Source of the DNA: a virus
Taxonomy: Duplodnaviria; Heunggongvirae; Uroviricota; Caudoviricetes
IMG/VR virus record: IMGVR_UViG_3300014204_000008
Span: 34,837 to 98,836 of that record
Length of the DNA stretch: 64,000 bases
Strand: one strand, 5' to 3'
Each line of letters opens with the position of its first letter. Position 1 is the first letter of the stretch. The notes beneath the pieces were generated by a model. That model searched no databases. It was not told the origin of the DNA and saw nothing but the letters and a program-made list of their open reading frames with translations. The position numbers and the translations under genes are program-made. Shown here piece by piece: positions 1-9,458 of this stretch.

Positions 1-218
1 CGTTCCTGTTCGTCCCATGTTCGTTGAACGTATCCCTTGGCCACAGCAGTAGAAAAGGATCACCAATGCACGAGTCAAACGCACATTCTTCTCTCAACAC
101 AGCAACCATTCCTTGTCCTCCGCCTATGGAAGACGAAGAACTGGAAGAGCTTCTCGATGAACGAAACTGGTCTCTCTTTGATGGCCAGCCGTTCTCAATG
201 GAGCCAATGCTTGGTTGA
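1..218 (+). CDS. 3' end of a hypothetical protein (partial, open at window start)
   Basis: Frame is open from nt 3 with no stop before the TAG at 216-218. C-terminus is acidic (EDEELEELLDE). A second overlapping frame (37..276) makes this ambiguous. Confidence 0.25.
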   Translation, partial: FLFVPCSLNVSLGHSSRKGSPMHESNAHSSLNTATIPCPPPMEDEELEELLDERNWSLFDGQPFSMEPMLG

Positions 219-295
219 GCGTTCTCGAAGGGGTAGAGGATTTCGATCCTTTACCCCTTCATTTTTCCCTTCCTAACATACGTTCTCTTTGATTA

Positions 296-385
296 GTTAA
301 CTCAACTTGTCAATTCTTAATATATAAGGGGTTTGTACAAAATGGACCCCTTTCAATGTTAGATTTACCTAACATCTAAACTCAT
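296..385 (+). repeat. copy 1 of a 95-bp upstream repeat (ACTTGTCAATTCTTAAT ... GGGGTTTGTACAAAATGGACCCCTTTCAA ... CATCTAAAC)
   Basis: Near-identical to 858-940. Contains hairpin GGGGT ... ACCCC. Confidence 0.6.
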
Positions 386-860
386 GAAAAACAACCAATC
401 TACCTACTACGAAATCCATTGTCCGCAGCTTCCTGCGGAAATCACGATCGAATCACTTCGTCTTGCGAAGAAACTCACACAAGCATTCGAAGGAGGTAAT
501 CATACGTATCGACTATTCCGTTTTTATGTCATCTCAGCGAGAAAAGGCCACTGGAACCTTAATGGATCTCCTGTTGCTGGCTATGAGAATAGACTCTTTG
601 ATAATTTCGAGGATGTTGAGAGAGAAACGATATTCCTCAATCCACATCATGAAAATGGTTTTGATCTAGGAATGGGTTACTTCTTCATGGCGAAGTCATA
701 CATTCCTCCTGTCGAAGAGAAGAAGAAAAAGATCACCTTCGAGAGCGAATTAGATGCAATTCTACGCAAAAAGGTCTTGAATTGTATCGAAAACGTCCGA
801 GATAAGATGCGTGATGAGATCGTCGACCTCCATGAACGATACATGGATGATGTCTACTAA
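384..860 (+). CDS. hypothetical protein (158 aa)
   Basis: ATG start, TAA stop. Preceded by copy 1 of a 95-bp repeat. No recognisable domain. Confidence 0.6.
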   Translation: MKNNQSTYYEIHCPQLPAEITIESLRLAKKLTQAFEGGNHTYRLFRFYVISARKGHWNLNGSPVAGYENRLFDNFEDVERETIFLNPHHENGFDLGMGYFFMAKSYIPPVEEKKKKITFESELDAILRKKVLNCIENVRDKMRDEIVDLHERYMDDVY

Positions 861-940
861 ACTTGTCAATTCTTAATTTATATGGGGTTTGTACAAAATG
901 GACCCCTTTCAAAGTAAAAAGTTCTTTACATCTAAACCTA
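858..940 (+). repeat. copy 2 of the 95-bp upstream repeat
   Basis: Direct repeat of 296-385. Confidence 0.6.
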
Positions 941-1245
941 TGCCAAGACTTGATTTCATGGACGATGATTGTGACATTGAAGGGTTTCCTCTTGAGGGAG
1001 ATACTTTTGACTGCGATAACACCGAAGGATATCCCTTCGCCTGCCATTGTAGAGACCGACAACAGCAAAATATCGATAATGCGATAGATCAGCGAAATAC
1101 ACAGATGGCTCAAAACCCTGTAGATTCGAATGCTTGGATACATATTGCTTCCGGTTTCGCTGCTCACAGCTCCAATCCTGAAGAAATAGCTCATAAGGCT
1201 GATCTCCTCATTATCGAATTCCGCAATCGTTTCCCTTACAGCTAG
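940..1245 (+). CDS. hypothetical Asp/Cys-rich small protein
   Basis: The ORF track starts at TTG 889. ATG 940 sits in the same position relative to copy 2 of the 95-bp repeat (catctaaacNNATG) as ATG 384 does in copy 1. Followed by a terminator. Confidence 0.45.
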   Translation: MPRLDFMDDDCDIEGFPLEGDTFDCDNTEGYPFACHCRDRQQQNIDNAIDQRNTQMAQNPVDSNAWIHIASGFAAHSSNPEEIAHKADLLIIEFRNRFPYS

Positions 1246-1280
1246 TCTAGACACCTCACCATTGTCAAAATTTGGTACCT

Positions 1281-1307
1281 AGGAGAGGTTTTACCTCTCC
1301 TTTTGGT
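1281..1307 (+). terminator. intrinsic terminator (GGAGAGG-TTTTA-CCTCTCC then TTTTGG)
   Basis: GC stem plus T-run directly after the gene ending at 1245. Confidence 0.5.
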
Positions 1308-1771
1308 ATCTGATACCACTTAACCATCTAATAGGCCTTAGAAACGATTCTAGGGCCTCACACACATGATCACTGTATTTGGTTCCTACCCAATATCTCA
1401 TCTCGATTGGAAGATCAATAGTTCATCTCCATGGTGGACTGTACACAAGAAAAGCAAGATTTGGCTCTACTCAGTCAAATTCTCTTGCTGGTTCACGAGA
1501 ACATTGTTTCACGTGAAACATAAACTTCTCTCCTGGAAGGTTCTTATTTTGAGGTAAAGGTTCTAATTCTTTCTCCCCATTCTCCATAATTTATAAATTC
1601 TCATCCATATTCTCCATAGATTCTCATCCATAACTACCTACCTAATTAAACCTTGCCCATTCAACTTTACATCATTCATCTCATGAACGATCTCCATCTC
1701 TTCCTGTCATAGATTCCTAGTGAATTATTAAAATTCACTTATTACTCATTCATTCTTCATTCTTCATCCCT

Positions 1772-2098
1772 ATGTCCGTACAAACTGTTAAGCGTACTAC
1801 CAACCGTGCCTTTATTGGCCGTGCTTGGATTAATCAAATGGCTGATGGAAAGAAAAACCTTTCTGTTCGTCTTGATCGTGACATTGTTCAAATGGCCATC
1901 AAAACCTCTGATGGTTCAATCATTCGTGTGAATCCTCGTGAATTCAAAGGCAATAAGAGCATCGACATGCTTCTCTTCCCTAATTCACGTCGAGAAGGTA
2001 AGAACGATGCTCATTTTCGTCTTTCTGTTTCTCTTCCTGAAGAACCAGTAGAAGAAAAAGTTGTAGAACCGATTGTCGTTGAAGATATTCAACTCTAA
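1772..2098 (+). CDS. hypothetical protein (108 aa)
   Basis: ATG-to-TAA ORF with an acidic C-terminus. Confidence 0.55.
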   Translation: MSVQTVKRTTNRAFIGRAWINQMADGKKNLSVRLDRDIVQMAIKTSDGSIIRVNPREFKGNKSIDMLLFPNSRREGKNDAHFRLSVSLPEEPVEEKVVEPIVVEDIQL

Positions 2099-2168
2099 TC
2101 ACATAGGAGATCACTTCGGTGGTCTCTTTTTAATTAGACACCTAAGTCTAATTATCATTACATTCCTT

Positions 2169-2717
2169 ATGGGCCTCGACATGTATTTAAGCCGACGTAC
2201 CTACGTCAAGCAATGGAACCATATTCCACCAGAAGAACAATTCCTCGTTAAAGTGACTAAAGGTGGAAAAGAAACAAACATTCAAACTTCTCGTATCTCC
2301 AACGTCATTGAAGAAATTGCTTATTGGAGAAAGGCGAATGCTATTCATCACTGGTTTGTTCTTAATGTTCAAAAGGGCGTTGACGACTGTGGTGAATATC
2401 ACGTTACGAGAGAAAATCTTCAAATTCTTCTTGATACCTGTAAAACCATTCTTGATAATAGTGTCATTATCAAAGCAAAGATTCAGAATGGGACAAGATT
2501 CTCTAACGGAGTAGAGACACCCATCATTGAAGATGGTGAAACCATTCAGAATCCTGAATACGCTGAAAGCTTACTTCCAGTTCAAAATGGATTCTTCTTT
2601 GGTTCTACTGCCTACGATCAATACTACGTTGCGGATCTTCGTTATACGGTAGAAAAGCTCACAGCTCTTCTTGAAGAAGAATGGGTAGGTCACATCTACT
2701 ACAATGCTTCTTGGTAA
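2169..2717 (+). CDS. hypothetical protein
   Basis: Track ORF 2073..2717 overlaps the previous gene. Internal ATG 2169 (MGLDMYLSRR) avoids the overlap. Followed by a hairpin at 2731-2769. Confidence 0.5.
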   Translation: MGLDMYLSRRTYVKQWNHIPPEEQFLVKVTKGGKETNIQTSRISNVIEEIAYWRKANAIHHWFVLNVQKGVDDCGEYHVTRENLQILLDTCKTILDNSVIIKAKIQNGTRFSNGVETPIIEDGETIQNPEYAESLLPVQNGFFFGSTAYDQYYVADLRYTVEKLTALLEEEWVGHIYYNASW

Positions 2718-2730
2718 AGATTAATGGTCA

Positions 2731-2769
2731 TCCCTCCTCTCGATTCATTTCCTGAGGAGGGATTCTTTT
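2731..2769 (+). terminator. putative intrinsic terminator (CCCTCCTC ... GAGGAGGG then TTCTTTT)
   Basis: Inverted repeat with a T-rich tail after the stop at 2717. Confidence 0.4.
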
Positions 2770-2782
2770 AACCAATTCTCTT

Positions 2783-3301
2783 ATGTCATTCCAAGTATAC
2801 CAAGAAGAACACGTCTACTTAGCCACAATCGAAGAAATAAAAGAAACTATTTGGTGTCGATTAGGACCATCGAAAATACATGGTATCGGAGTTATTGCTA
2901 TTCAAGACATTCCAAAAGGAACCAGAATACAATACGAATACGAAAAACTTTTTTGGAACTTACCAGATTCCTATTGGCATTTACTACCAAAAGAAATTCT
3001 CCACCTCTGCTTCGATAGAAACATTTTCGAACGCAACAACAACTTCCTTCTTGAAAATCCTAATAGAAACGCACATTTCAGATCATTCATGAACCATTCA
3101 GATCATCCAAATTCTGATGGAAATATCGTAAATAGAGATATCAAAAAAGGAGAAGAGATTACAGAATCCTACCTTCAAATGTGCAAAACGGATTTTCACC
3201 CAACTGCTAAGAAATACTACAAAGCAAACATCTTCGATAAAAAAGATCCAGAAAAAAATCTTTTCGGAAATGAATTCTTAGAAATCCAAAAACCACAATA
3301 A
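2783..3301 (+). CDS. SET-domain protein (putative protein lysine methyltransferase)
   Basis: N-terminal HGIGVIAIQDIPKGTRIQYEYE matches the GxG...IxkGe SET N-region. FMNHSDHPNS matches the NHSCxPN motif. C-terminal GEEITESY resembles the post-SET ELTxDY. Confidence 0.5.
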   Translation: MSFQVYQEEHVYLATIEEIKETIWCRLGPSKIHGIGVIAIQDIPKGTRIQYEYEKLFWNLPDSYWHLLPKEILHLCFDRNIFERNNNFLLENPNRNAHFRSFMNHSDHPNSDGNIVNRDIKKGEEITESYLQMCKTDFHPTAKKYYKANIFDKKDPEKNLFGNEFLEIQKPQ

Positions 3302-3312
3302 CCTTACTCCCT

Positions 3313-3636
3313 ATGCTCTACACAAATTACGCAACTCTTACCCCATTCAAACTCACAGACAACTTTTACGTCGGTCAAAAAATCGTAAGAATCGTAGGAA
3401 GTTTCTTAAACATCTCTAAAGGAGAAATCGCTACAATCAATACAATCTTAGAATCAAGTGGAAATGAGTACATAAGATTAGACGGCTACGGAGAAATCAA
3501 ATTTGATATTCAATACTTCGCTCCTCTTCCAGAAGAAGAATTCAAACCAACAAAACGAACATCAAATCCTCTTGTTGAAAAATACAAGAAAAAAGCACAA
3601 GAAATGCATCAATCTCTCCATTCTACCTATGCCTAA
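3313..3636 (+). CDS. hypothetical protein (107 aa)
   Basis: ATG-to-TAA ORF. Confidence 0.5.
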   Translation: MLYTNYATLTPFKLTDNFYVGQKIVRIVGSFLNISKGEIATINTILESSGNEYIRLDGYGEIKFDIQYFAPLPEEEFKPTKRTSNPLVEKYKKKAQEMHQSLHSTYA

Positions 3637-3796
3637 AGATATCAAATGCCCATACTGCAATCAGATGGGCTACTCTTGCTTCAAAGATGGACGGTTAATG
3701 TTCCAATGTGGCAGCTTCTGGTGTGGCTTTTCTTGTCTTCTCAAACTTCTCGCATCTCACGTTCCCCAGAAAACAATACCAGAACATAAGAAATAG
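3629..3796 (+). CDS. small zinc-ribbon protein (CPYC ... CGSFWC)
   Basis: ATG 3629 overlaps the upstream stop (ATGCCTAA). Two CxxC pairs. Confidence 0.35.
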   Translation: MPKDIKCPYCNQMGYSCFKDGRLMFQCGSFWCGFSCLLKLLASHVPQKTIPEHKK

Positions 3797-3830
3797 TTCC
3801 TTCTAGTCCTGGCATACATTTATTGTGGTC

Positions 3831-3862
3831 AGTTCTTCTGACCAGTTTGTTGTTTTGGAATG
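3831..3862 (+). terminator. intrinsic terminator (GGTCAG-TTCTT-CTGACC then T-rich)
   Basis: Hairpin plus GTTTGTTGTTTT. Confidence 0.45.
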
Positions 3863-3987
3863 ACTCCATTCTTATTCATGATGTCCAAAATCATGAATAC
3901 AAGAATAACAAAGTCATATCCTAACAAAGGGAAGCACTACGGACACCACAAAGCCATCAATAGGCTTTAAAAAACTTTCGTCCAGCT

Positions 3988-4061
3988 TTCCTTCTAAAGA
4001 TCACCATTCTTCCAGAGAGGCATCGGGTCATGCTTCTCTCTTTGATGGTGATCTTTTTTTC
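3988..4061 (+). terminator. nested inverted repeat ending in T7 (AAGATCACCAT ... ATGGTGATCTTTTTTT)
   Basis: 11-bp outer arms enclosing an AGAGAG/CTCTCT hairpin, followed by a T7 run. Confidence 0.4.
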
Positions 4062-4100
4062 ATAACTCGTACCTTCACAATTAACTCTTATCCAAAACGT

Positions 4101-6308
4101 ATGCCAGAAATCATTACTCGCAAACCATTCCCATTCAAGATCGGATCAGATCCTGAATTCTCAGTTCTCTTCAGAGAAAAGAAAATGCACGCACGAGAAA
4201 CATTCCAAGCCCTTCTCGGTGCATACGACAAACGTTACGCAGAAGGTCACATTGGCGTTGATGGATGTGCAGCCACAGGAGAACTTCGACCAAATGCCTC
4301 CAATACCGCAGACGAACACGCAAACAATATCGAAGGGATTTTCAAGAAAAGCTACAAAAATCTCAAAGGATTCAATTTCACAACCATCTCGCTCTACGCT
4401 CCAATCGGAGGTCATATCCATCTCGATCTCACGCCAAAACACAAAGAACTTCCCGTTGAAAACTTCATTCTTCCATTTCTTCTTCCAATTTGGTTGTCCG
4501 AAGATACCATCTCAAGAGAAATTCGAAAGAAAACTGGTTATGGAAAACTTTGGAATTTCAAAAGAGGTGAAGCTTCAACAGAAGTCGCAACACTTGAAGT
4601 ACGAGGTCCATCCGCAGAATGGATGACCACAAAACAATCAACCATCGCCGTTCTTGGTTATCTCGGAACCATCTGGGCCGAAATTGCAAAACGACCAGAA
4701 TTATTCCAACAAGAACTTCGAGAAATCTGCGGAACAACTTCAACCGACGGAGCACAGATCGCTTCAATGCTTACAAGTGACAACAATCTTTACATCGGAA
4801 CTGTCATGCGGAAGCTTCGATCAATTCTTCCTACCTTCGAATTCTATCAAGAATACAAGAAAGAAATTGATCTCATCTTGAATCCAAAGAAATTCAAGAG
4901 ACTCAAAACATTCTACGAATTTTCCGTCTTCCAAGGATGGGACATTGAAAAGAAAGAAAAAAACATTAATCAGAAAAAATTCATCCAAACAGAATCAGAC
5001 GATGCCGTTAACCTAGACGCCATCCAAGAAATTCTTGACAATGACGATGAAAATTCTGAAAAGATCAATTCTTTCTTCTCACATCAATCCATTGCCCACA
5101 ATACAGATCGAAACGTAAAGCTTCTTGACGAAGAACTCTCCAAACGAATCTTCGCAAATGGAATGAAGCCAGAACAAGAATTATTCTTATTCGGTTTACG
5201 AAAAGGTATTGATTCCCCTCTCGTCTTCAATTCGAAACAAGAACTCTTCGAAGGTGCTGAACTCATCAAAACAGAACAAGATCTAGAAACCTTCAAGAAA
5301 ACAGCAGACAAAATGATTGATAAAGCAAAAAAAGCTTGGAAATCATCCATCTACACAATCAAACCATTAGAAGGAATTGTCCTTCGAAAAGCTGATCCTA
5401 TTTTCATTGGTATTCCATTCGAATGGAGAAGGCTACCAATCCAAATTGATCGTTTCTTAAAACTTGCCTGGAAATATCTTCAACCAAAAATCGAAAATCC
5501 AGTCAAAGTAAACAAAGAAACATTAAAAAAAGATCAAGGCGGAGCATTCACTAAAGCTCTTGAGAAACAACAATCACCTCTCAATAGTTCCGCCATCGAC
5601 TCAAGTTCTCAAGGGCTAATCTATGCTAGACGTGGAATTCAAGAATACGAAGAGGAATTGGAAGCAAGACAACGTAGAGACTTAGAAATCCAACTAGCAA
5701 AAGAATTCCCCAATCTTTCTCCACTAGATTCTTGGTTCGAACACATCAAAAAAACTTGTGAACCAATAAAAATACTGATTCCAAGTCCAGGAATCAACGA
5801 AGAAAGACTCCATTTCTTAAATGGATACAAATTGGAAGAACCATACCAAAACGATACAGCCGTAATCATCATCAACCACGATGATCAACTCGCCCGTATC
5901 CAAATCCTAAAGGAGAAATTCAAAGAAAGATGGCCATCACTCGATCTTACAACACGAGAATTAGCATACCTACCAAGAAAAACAATCGAAGTAAGAACCG
6001 TGGGTGATGATGAATTCAATGAATACTTCAAAAAATTCATCACACCATCAGCTCTTTTCCAAGGAAGTGCATTGCACCAAAGAAACAACAAAAACCCTTA
6101 TCAAATTTTCTTCACTCAAAAACATTCTCAAATAATGAGAGAGATTGATAAGGAAGAATTAGAAGAAATCAATAAGGAAATCACAATAGGCAAAAAACTC
6201 CTTGGAACAATTGAAACGCCAACAACACCAACAGAATCAGAACCAGAGTCAGATGACATGATCATTCCTATTCTCAATCATGTCCACGAAGACCAAGTCT
6301 TCTTTTAA
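4101..6308 (+). CDS. large protein (735 aa) with an N-terminal amidoligase-like region
   Basis: The long ORF sits immediately upstream of a class-II glutamine amidotransferase gene. N-terminal features (IGSDPEFSV, GHIGVDGCAATGELRP, GGHIHLDL) recall the Amidoligase_2/GCS2-like fold, which is reported in conserved neighbourhoods with GAT-II. Assigned from memory only. The C-terminal two thirds are helical and acidic. Confidence 0.6.
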   Translation: MPEIITRKPFPFKIGSDPEFSVLFREKKMHARETFQALLGAYDKRYAEGHIGVDGCAATGELRPNASNTADEHANNIEGIFKKSYKNLKGFNFTTISLYAPIGGHIHLDLTPKHKELPVENFILPFLLPIWLSEDTISREIRKKTGYGKLWNFKRGEASTEVATLEVRGPSAEWMTTKQSTIAVLGYLGTIWAEIAKRPELFQQELREICGTTSTDGAQIASMLTSDNNLYIGTVMRKLRSILPTFEFYQEYKKEIDLILNPKKFKRLKTFYEFSVFQGWDIEKKEKNINQKKFIQTESDDAVNLDAIQEILDNDDENSEKINSFFSHQSIAHNTDRNVKLLDEELSKRIFANGMKPEQELFLFGLRKGIDSPLVFNSKQELFEGAELIKTEQDLETFKKTADKMIDKAKKAWKSSIYTIKPLEGIVLRKADPIFIGIPFEWRRLPIQIDRFLKLAWKYLQPKIENPVKVNKETLKKDQGGAFTKALEKQQSPLNSSAIDSSSQGLIYARRGIQEYEEELEARQRRDLEIQLAKEFPNLSPLDSWFEHIKKTCEPIKILIPSPGINEERLHFLNGYKLEEPYQNDTAVIIINHDDQLARIQILKEKFKERWPSLDLTTRELAYLPRKTIEVRTVGDDEFNEYFKKFITPSALFQGSALHQRNNKNPYQIFFTQKHSQIMREIDKEELEEINKEITIGKKLLGTIETPTTPTESEPESDDMIIPILNHVHEDQVFF

Positions 6309-6353
6309 AAAAGACTGAACTCATTCACACAAACTAACCTTAAACATACACCT

Positions 6354-7592
6354 ATGTGTGGAATCATTGCAGCCTTTTCGACAAAAGAAGATGAGAATCC
6401 GATCAATCAAGAAATCATTGATCAATTCGAAGATCAACAATCGAGAGGCACAAAAGGATTTGGAATCATCTCAATCAACCCAGAAAAGCAAATCCAAGTT
6501 TTCAAAGCCTGCGAACCATACAAATTCCTCCTTGATCTCTACTTCCAAAAATCGAAGATGCTTATCGTCCATCACAGGACACCAACATCTTCTCCAAACT
6601 GGATAGAACAAGCACATCCAATTTTCGTCTCAAATCCTGCATTAAACTTTGACTATTATGTCATCCATAATGGCATGATCTCAAATGCAGAATTTCTCCG
6701 TGAAAAGCATGAGAAGGAATACAACTTCCAATACTCAACACTATTCACTGACGAAAAAGATCTAGAAAAATTCAATGACTCAGAATCCTTAGCCATTGAA
6801 TTAGCCATCTACATAGAAGGAATCCAGAAATCAGCACGATTCGGAGGTTCAGCAGCTTTTATCGCATTACAAATCAACAAGAAAACAGGTACAGCTTCAA
6901 AAGTCTTCTACGGAAGAAATGATCGAAATCCATTAAAAATAGCTGCTACTCGTAGATACCGATTCCTCTCAAGCGAAGGAAAAGGTAATGATGTAAAACC
7001 TGGCGTTCTCTACTCCTTCAAACCAGAAGGAGAGATGAAAATCAACAATAGACCACTCATCATTACTACAGAATACAAACCCTATCCTCAATACAATCAA
7101 CCAGTAAATCACACACCTGGTTATAAGCAAGTTGAAGGATTTAAGGTAAAAGAAACAACCAAGCAATCAAACTTCATTAAACACGAAGAAGACGACTTCG
7201 TAAAGAAAACAAAAACAGAAGCCCTCGAAGGATACGATGATTCAAACAATCAAGACACCTTCGACGAATCAGATACATTCTCTGGACCTCATGCACAAGA
7301 ATTTGAAGATATCTTCGATACAACACAAACAAATATCGAAGATCTTATCCTAGAATTCTTTGAAGCAGCACAACGCGTTGAAACATCAGCCCTAGCTGAT
7401 CCAAGAGAAACTGCCGATAAAATGCACGTAATTCTCAAAGAAGCGTCAAGAAAGATCCAAGAGATCCACGATATTGACACGCTCGATCTAATCAACGATG
7501 CCAGATACGAAGACGAACGGGAATTACCATTCGAAGATGAAAAGGTAGAAAAAACAATTCTCACACCAACCATCTTCAGAAAATCCTCCTAA
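6354..7592 (+). CDS. class-II (Ntn) glutamine amidotransferase-like protein
   Basis: Starts MCGIIAAF with the nucleophile Cys at position 2 after Met, then ...HHRTPTSS... and NGMI. The C-terminal half is acidic with no obvious synthetase domain. Confidence 0.65.
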   Translation: MCGIIAAFSTKEDENPINQEIIDQFEDQQSRGTKGFGIISINPEKQIQVFKACEPYKFLLDLYFQKSKMLIVHHRTPTSSPNWIEQAHPIFVSNPALNFDYYVIHNGMISNAEFLREKHEKEYNFQYSTLFTDEKDLEKFNDSESLAIELAIYIEGIQKSARFGGSAAFIALQINKKTGTASKVFYGRNDRNPLKIAATRRYRFLSSEGKGNDVKPGVLYSFKPEGEMKINNRPLIITTEYKPYPQYNQPVNHTPGYKQVEGFKVKETTKQSNFIKHEEDDFVKKTKTEALEGYDDSNNQDTFDESDTFSGPHAQEFEDIFDTTQTNIEDLILEFFEAAQRVETSALADPRETADKMHVILKEASRKIQEIHDIDTLDLINDARYEDERELPFEDEKVEKTILTPTIFRKSS

Positions 7593-7597
7593 AAACT

Positions 7598-8071
7598 ATG
7601 GCAATTCACCTTGCAACACGGCTTCGTCTCGGAAAAATCGTCCGAGCTTGGAAACAAGAATGGTGGACCGACACATGGTACTCACTATCAGAAGCCACAC
7701 GCTTCGATGCAATCAAAGAATTTCTTCTACAAATCTATGTAGAATTTCCTTCACTCGCAACTCGCAATCTTCGAGTAAACCAAGGAAAAAAATACATGGC
7801 TATAAACAGTGTAAAAGAAAACTGGATTGTCATTAATAGAGAAAACGTATCCATGATCTCTTCACTCCATGAATTAGGTCATCTCATTTATGGAGTAGGT
7901 GAAGAACCGGCAACAAGATTTTCCATCTCATTCTTCCGTACCTTCTTCCCAAAAGAATATCTCGCTTTAAAAAGGAATGGAATGACACCACCAAAATGGA
8001 AACATGCCAATCAACTCACCACTAGACCTAAGACCAGTACCACCACAAACAAGAATAAAAGCAGATCCTGA
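7598..8071 (+). CDS. hypothetical protein with an HExxH motif (possible Zn metallopeptidase, SprT-like)
   Basis: SSLHELGHLIYG is the only functional motif. Coupled to the GAT-II gene with a 5-nt gap. Confidence 0.45.
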   Translation: MAIHLATRLRLGKIVRAWKQEWWTDTWYSLSEATRFDAIKEFLLQIYVEFPSLATRNLRVNQGKKYMAINSVKENWIVINRENVSMISSLHELGHLIYGVGEEPATRFSISFFRTFFPKEYLALKRNGMTPPKWKHANQLTTRPKTSTTTNKNKSRS

Positions 8072-8339
8072 AATAGAACTTGATTGCTTCTTCATTGAAA
8101 TACCATCAACTCAACTCATCATCAAAGGCAAATATTGGAAAAACGGAAACGTTCGAGTTGATCTTATTGATCCAAGCACAGGCAAAAAAGAATGCCTTGG
8201 GAAATCCCTAACTCAAGAACACCTCAAAACACTGATTGCTTTCGCGCTAATCCCGCACAAATTCCCACCAAACATTCAAGCCTTCATCAAAAGCTGGAAT
8301 GTCCTATTGTCATACATAACTTCATTACCAACCCTATAA
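8004..8339 (+). CDS. hypothetical protein (uncertain, overlaps previous gene by 68 nt)
   Basis: ATG ORF with no alternative start. Confidence 0.3.
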   Translation: MPINSPLDLRPVPPQTRIKADPEIELDCFFIEIPSTQLIIKGKYWKNGNVRVDLIDPSTGKKECLGKSLTQEHLKTLIAFALIPHKFPPNIQAFIKSWNVLLSYITSLPTL

Positions 8340-8347
8340 ACACGCCT

Positions 8348-8926
8348 ATGTTGAACTACAACGCCATCATCTCTGCACTCCGCTCCGTCGCACGAGACAT
8401 CCTCCGCCTCGAAAAGGTAGCAAATATTCGTAGCGATCGTCACAAGATGACAGTCAGCTATGATAACGAGATCTCTCTCGCTGAGAAATCCGTTACAGAA
8501 GCTGAAGAGAACATCACAACACTCAAGAAAAACCTCGCACGAGCTACATTCACAAAGAGCCAGATCAGCGACGAAGATCCAGACAAGGAGGAAAAGATGA
8601 ACCAAGCTTCAAAAACAGCAGAAAAGATCACATTAGACATCAAGCAAGCAGAAAAGAATCTAGCCATCATCAAGCTTGACGCAGAAAACGAAATCGAGAA
8701 CCTCAAAGCAGAGAAAGCCAAGCTCGAAACTGCCAACGATCTCGCCATCCAGAAAGTTCAGACGGGAGAAACGAAAGTTTGTACTGAAGACCTTGATTCA
8801 AAGACCCAAGAACTCATCAAGGAACTTATTCCAGGACAGCTTTCAGACGTTATCTCCCAAGCAGTTGCTACACCAGTAGCCACTGAAGAGGACACAAAGA
8901 CTTCAAAGAAATCTTCCTCCAAGTAA
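8348..8926 (+). CDS. coiled-coil protein
   Basis: ATG 8348 is the internal start of track ORF 8192. Heptad-rich sequence with a K/S-rich tail. Confidence 0.5.
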   Translation: MLNYNAIISALRSVARDILRLEKVANIRSDRHKMTVSYDNEISLAEKSVTEAEENITTLKKNLARATFTKSQISDEDPDKEEKMNQASKTAEKITLDIKQAEKNLAIIKLDAENEIENLKAEKAKLETANDLAIQKVQTGETKVCTEDLDSKTQELIKELIPGQLSDVISQAVATPVATEEDTKTSKKSSSK

Positions 8927-8960
8927 ACAACTTCATTCCTTCCACTGCTTGTTGTAAAAT

Positions 8961-8998
8961 ACAAAGGAACTATTCCAAAAGGAATAGTTCCTTTTTTT
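8961..8998 (+). terminator. intrinsic terminator (AGGAACTATTCC-AAAA-GGAATAGTTCCT then T7)
   Basis: Perfect 12-bp stem and a T-run 35 nt after the stop. Confidence 0.65.
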
Positions 8999-9277
8999 CT
9001 CATACCAGAACCTCAACCACATCACGTCAAAATTAGTTGAGATTTTCATCTTTTCTATACCCCTATTGCATTATTTTTCTTTTGCATGTTATGATTCCAA
9101 TAAGAGAAAATGCACGAGTTAGAAGGCACTTTTATTCAACTTCTCAACTCATCCATTTTAAAGAAACTCTTCATTCCCTAATTCTCCTGTAAAAAATCAA
9201 ATTTAATTGATTTTCTACGTTGAAATGGCTTTCGAAGATCGAAAAGATAGAAGTCGTTTCTTTCTTCTATTCAAAAA

Positions 9278-9312
9278 AAGACCTCTGACATCTCATTGGT
9301 CTTTTTTGATCT
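9278..9312. terminator. bidirectional terminator (A7-AGACC ... GGTCT-T6) in a strand-switch region
   Basis: A-run, hairpin and T-run between the convergent blocks. Confidence 0.5.
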
Positions 9313-9458
9313 GTTCTAAGGCGTAATTGATGCCAATAAGGAAAAAATTCATTGCTACTGTTTTTTGATCCTCATCTAATTCATCATTCGATGAAAGAAT
9401 TTTCCTTAATTTACGTTTACCTTCTATAGAAATCTTATCTGAAATTCTTTTCATACAC

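Noticed and set aside
296-330. Sigma70 promoter inside the 95-bp repeat (TTGTCA ... TATATA)
   Set aside because: The spacing between the -35-like and -10-like boxes is 7-8 nt, not 17. The element is probably recognised differently.
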